The position numbers and the translations under genes were made by a program. From contig OZ024740.1 in NCBI GenBank assembly GCA_964016885.1, positions 44,888,001-44,952,000 on the forward strand: a DNA stretch of 64,000 nt, given 5' to 3'. This DNA is from Eledone cirrhosa. Lineage: Eukaryota. Positions 1 through 64,000 of the stretch are shown here, piece by piece (position 1 is the stretch's first letter; each line of letters opens with the position of its first letter). Below the pieces are notes generated by a model. That model was given only the letters and a program-made list of their open reading frames with translations, had not been told where the DNA came from and ran no database searches.

Positions 1-82
<82 letters not shown>
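1..82. repeat. (TA)n(GA)n microsatellite
   Basis: Direct reading. Confidence 0.95.
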
Positions 83-85
<3 letters not shown>

Positions 86-407
86 TATATATATATATAA
101 TCGTTTTTTTTACAAAAACACTATATTAAATTGGAAATATAGGTGGAGAAGTTAAAGCAGTTCAAAGTACAGTAATTTATTATAATAAACAGTTCAAAAG
201 GCTACGTTTCATACTTTTTTGAAAGATGTTATCAAACAAGCGTGTGTACAAAATTCTATTGTGTTAAAAATAATAATTACGCATTAAGCAAATTATTCAT
301 TAAAGTAATTACCATATACGTTTTTACATTAAATATTGATTTACGAATGTTTCATCCCCTTATTGAAACTTATAAAAATCAGTTATTTATAAGTAAAAGT
401 CTCATTA

Positions 408-467
408 TAAACAAATTCTCCGACTGCTGATTGTTGAGCGACAGCCAGCAGTCGGATAATTTGTTTA
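408..467. repeat. Short hairpin (27-bp arms, 3 mismatches, 6-nt loop), probable MITE remnant
   Basis: taaacaaattctccgactgctgattgt ... acagccagcagtcggataatttgttta. Confidence 0.7.
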
Positions 468-530
468 CATTTAAAATTTAAAATTTAAATCTGATATTAT
501 TTAACCTGACGTAGTAACAAATATCCTTAC

Positions 531-63989
<63,459 letters not shown>

Positions 63990-64000
63990 CTGTGAAATTA

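Overview
AT-rich animal genomic DNA; the tRNA-derived SINE, RTE and Penelope elements and (TA)n/(TACA)n tracts suggest an octopus/cephalopod, which is an inference. The whole window lies inside one minus-strand gene that the ORF track misses. I count about 103 intact-looking micro-exons, almost all exactly 30 nt, all phase 1-1 with canonical GT-AG sites. They recur as a six-exon cassette (+ strand order A,B,C,D,E,F; transcribed F,E,D,C,B,A) encoding the 60-aa acidic repeat EVVTEKITRT-ETRSEVESTV-DIVAQEERPK-EQPTEAEATV-EIVTQTESRI-EKPSEVESTV, itself 3 x 20 aa and reminiscent of titin/Sallimus-type elastic segments. From ~29.5 kb to the end, the cassettes form a near-identical ~2,915-bp tandem array (11 full copies plus a partial 12th). 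From 0.5 to 29.5 kb the cassettes are older, with diverged introns and conserved exons, plus a few dead, shortened and chimeric exons. These older introns carry transposons: a Penelope element with a hammerhead ribozyme, an RTE LINE with three C2H2 fingers, SINEs, a Helitron, MITE-like hairpins and a second hammerhead. Neither end of the gene is in the window, so its identity is unconfirmed.
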